From positions 480,001-544,000 of the forward strand of contig JAHQWG010000016.1 in assembly GCA_029856045.1 (NCBI GenBank): a DNA stretch of 64,000 nt, given 5' to 3'. The notes under the pieces were generated by a model. It worked only from the letters and a program-made list of their open reading frames with translations, was not told the origin of the DNA and made no database searches. The DNA comes from Promethearchaeia archaeon (GTDB lineage: Archaea; Asgardarchaeota; Lokiarchaeia; Sigyniarchaeales; SOKP01). Position numbers and translations under genes: made by a program. Positions within the stretch are counted from its first letter, which is position 1, and each line of letters starts with the position of its first letter. Positions 61,801 to 64,000 of the stretch are shown piece after piece.

Positions 61801-63690
61801 ATGAAAGACTTTGATTTAGATAACCTAACTGAAACAACAAAAACCCTTTTATCTGAAGAAGATCTCCAAAAATTGGGTGCTCTTAAGAACCCAAAAATAT
61901 TTAAAATTGTAAATGAATTTGTAGATTTATTAAAACCAGCGAAAGTTACAGTAATTACTGATAATCCAAAAGAAATTGAATATGTCCGCCAAGGTGCGCT
62001 TAGGGAGGGGGAAGAAGAAAAGTTGACTATGGAAGGTCATACAATCCATTATGATGGGTATTATGACCAAGCCAGAGATGTAGGAAATACTGCTGTATTA
62101 ATACGGAAAGGAACTAAATTAAGTAAAGTAATTAATACAAAAAGTAGAGAAGAAGGATTAGATGAAATATTTCAGATTATGGATGGTTTAATGAGAGGTA
62201 AGGAAGTTCTTGTTCGTTTTTTTTGTCTTGGTCCAACAAATTCTCGTTTTTCAATATGTGCTCTCCAATTAACAGATTCATTTTATGTTGCTCATTCTGA
62301 AGATCTCTTATATAGAACAGGATATGAAGAGTTTAAACGTCTTAAAGGATCTGAAGACTTTTTTTATTTTATTCACTCAGCGGGACCTTTAGAAAAAAAT
62401 GTTTCAAAAAATATCGATGATAGAAGAATCTATATTGACTTAAAAGAAAGTCGTGTTTTATCTGTAAATAATCAATATGCAGGTAATAGCATAGGTTTGA
62501 AGAAGTTAGCATTAAGACTTGGAATATATAAAGCAAATCATGAGGATTGGTTAACAGAGCATATGTTTATTATGGGTGTAAAACCTGAGAGGAAAAATCG
62601 CATAACTTATTTTACTGGTGCTTATCCAAGTGCATGTGGGAAAACATCTACTGCAATGATTCCCGGACAACAAATTGTTGGAGATGATATTGCTTACATT
62701 AGAGAAGATAATGAAGGATATACTCGTGCAGTCAATATAGAGTCAGGAATTTTTGGAATTATAAGAGATGTTAATGAGATTGATGATCCATTAATTTTTA
62801 AAGCCTTAAAATCACCAAGAGAATTAATTTTTTCTAATGTGTTAATTAATGATGGAACTCCATATTGGCTTGGTGATGGTCGAAAACCGTTAAAATCGGG
62901 AACTAACCACTCTGGTGAATGGTTTGAAGGAAAGAAAGATAAAGAAGGAAATAAAATTCCTCTTGCGCATCCTAACGCTCGTTATACAATGAGAATAAAA
63001 GAGCTTGAAAATTTTGATCCCGCATTAAATGATCCAGACGGAATCAGAGTGAGCGGTATTTTATATGGGGGTAGAGATTCAGATACATCGGTACCAATTC
63101 TTGAAAGTCTTAATTGGGAGCATGGAGTATTTTATGGCGCAATTATTGAGTCTGAATCTACTTCTGCAACTCTTGGAAAGGTTGGGGTAAGAAAAGCGAG
63201 TCCGATGGCTAACTTAGATTTTATGGTTATTCCTTTAGGGTTATACCTTGAAAATCATCGAAAATTTGGAAATCGATTAACTCATTGTCCAAAAATTTTT
63301 GCCACAAATTATTTCTTAAAAAAAGATGGTAAATATTGTAATGGAATGCTTGATAAGAAAGTTTGGGTTTTATGGGCAGAGGGTAGGTGTCATGGTGAAT
63401 TTAATGCAATAAAAACACCCATAGGATTTATTCCAAAATATGAAGATTTAAAAGAACTCTTCCGAACTGTTCTAAATCAAAAATATAAAGAAGAAGATTA
63501 CAATTATCAATTCTCAATTCGCGTTTCTAAATGGTTAGAGAAATATGATCGAATGGAAAAAATGTATCAAGAAGAAATTCAAATACCTAAATTTTTCTGG
63601 AGATTATTAAAATCCCAAAAAAAGGAAATTCTTGAAATAAAACAGAAATTTAATTTGAATATTATTCCGCCAAATTACTATTCTAATTAA
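61801..63690 (+). CDS. pckG: Phosphoenolpyruvate carboxykinase (GTP)
   Basis: YAGNS.GLKK, EHM, AYPSACGKTS, VGDDIA, HPNARY, YGGR, NYF motifs. Confidence 0.95.
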   Translation: MKDFDLDNLTETTKTLLSEEDLQKLGALKNPKIFKIVNEFVDLLKPAKVTVITDNPKEIEYVRQGALREGEEEKLTMEGHTIHYDGYYDQARDVGNTAVLIRKGTKLSKVINTKSREEGLDEIFQIMDGLMRGKEVLVRFFCLGPTNSRFSICALQLTDSFYVAHSEDLLYRTGYEEFKRLKGSEDFFYFIHSAGPLEKNVSKNIDDRRIYIDLKESRVLSVNNQYAGNSIGLKKLALRLGIYKANHEDWLTEHMFIMGVKPERKNRITYFTGAYPSACGKTSTAMIPGQQIVGDDIAYIREDNEGYTRAVNIESGIFGIIRDVNEIDDPLIFKALKSPRELIFSNVLINDGTPYWLGDGRKPLKSGTNHSGEWFEGKKDKEGNKIPLAHPNARYTMRIKELENFDPALNDPDGIRVSGILYGGRDSDTSVPILESLNWEHGVFYGAIIESESTSATLGKVGVRKASPMANLDFMVIPLGLYLENHRKFGNRLTHCPKIFATNYFLKKDGKYCNGMLDKKVWVLWAEGRCHGEFNAIKTPIGFIPKYEDLKELFRTVLNQKYKEEDYNYQFSIRVSKWLEKYDRMEKMYQEEIQIPKFFWRLLKSQKKEILEIKQKFNLNIIPPNYYSN

Positions 63691-63728
63691 CCTAAATTTT
63701 TAATAAAAAAGAAAAAAAATAAAAAATT

Positions 63729-64000
63729 TTACATTCCACCAGGTGGCATACCTCCTGCTCCTGGTCCTTCCATTTTTTTAGAAGATATAATATTGTCAAT
63801 CCTAAGAATTAAGATGGCTAATTCTGTTGCACCCTTGAACAATTGTGATTTTATTGCTGCAGGTTCAATTATTCCTTTTTTAAAGTTATCTCCGATTTTC
63901 CCATCTGAAATATCAATACCGATGAACTCATTTCCCAGCTTGGCATGTGCAGCACTTAACTCGCCGATTACATTGATTTCATCCATTCCAGCATTCCTTA
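63729..64000 (-). CDS. Thermosome (group II chaperonin) subunit, C-terminal part; truncated by the window edge
   Basis: GIIEP...K......ATE.A..ILRID..I and a GGM-rich tail. Confidence 0.92.
   Translation of the reverse strand, partial: RNAGMDEINVIGELSAAHAKLGNEFIGIDISDGKIGDNFKKGIIEPAAIKSQLFKGATELAILILRIDNIISSKKMEGPGAGGMPPGGM

Noticed and set aside
1-64000. tRNA, rRNA, CRISPR array, transposase or integrase
   Set aside because: No GC-rich structured intergenic stretch, regularly spaced repeat or recombinase motif seen; a covariance-model scan would be needed to exclude small ncRNAs

Overview
A very AT-rich archaeal chromosomal segment, most likely from an Asgard archaeon (Lokiarchaeia-like). 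The basis is a thermosome, CDC48, NOG1, methanofuran enzymes, GGTGA/GGAGG Shine-Dalgarno motifs, and roadblock-fold and WD40 proteins. All product calls come from motif recognition, not database searches. Main content: (1) an hdrA(x2)-mvhD fusion/hdrC/hdrB/metV/metF/lrp operon resembling the HdrABC-MvhD-MetVF methylene-THF reductase complex of acetogens, with a second divergent metV-metF pair and a degenerate third metF nearby; (2) an hsp20-cdc48-ArsR heat-shock operon with a perfect inverted-repeat operator; (3) a ChlI/D-vWA plus ChlH/CobN-type chelatase pair without neighbouring tetrapyrrole genes; (4) a mosaic accessory region (about 34.2-48.1 kb) in which cargo genes sit between duplicated or diverged copies of convergent-gene junctions, including a GC-rich polar amino-acid ABC transporter next to a dehydratase, an aminotransferase and a cyclodeaminase-family gene; (5) up to four genes whose N-terminal extensions are reachable only from ATA/ATC codons placed 6-7 nt after SD motifs, suggesting non-canonical initiation. 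I saw no rRNA, tRNA, CRISPR array, transposase or integrase.
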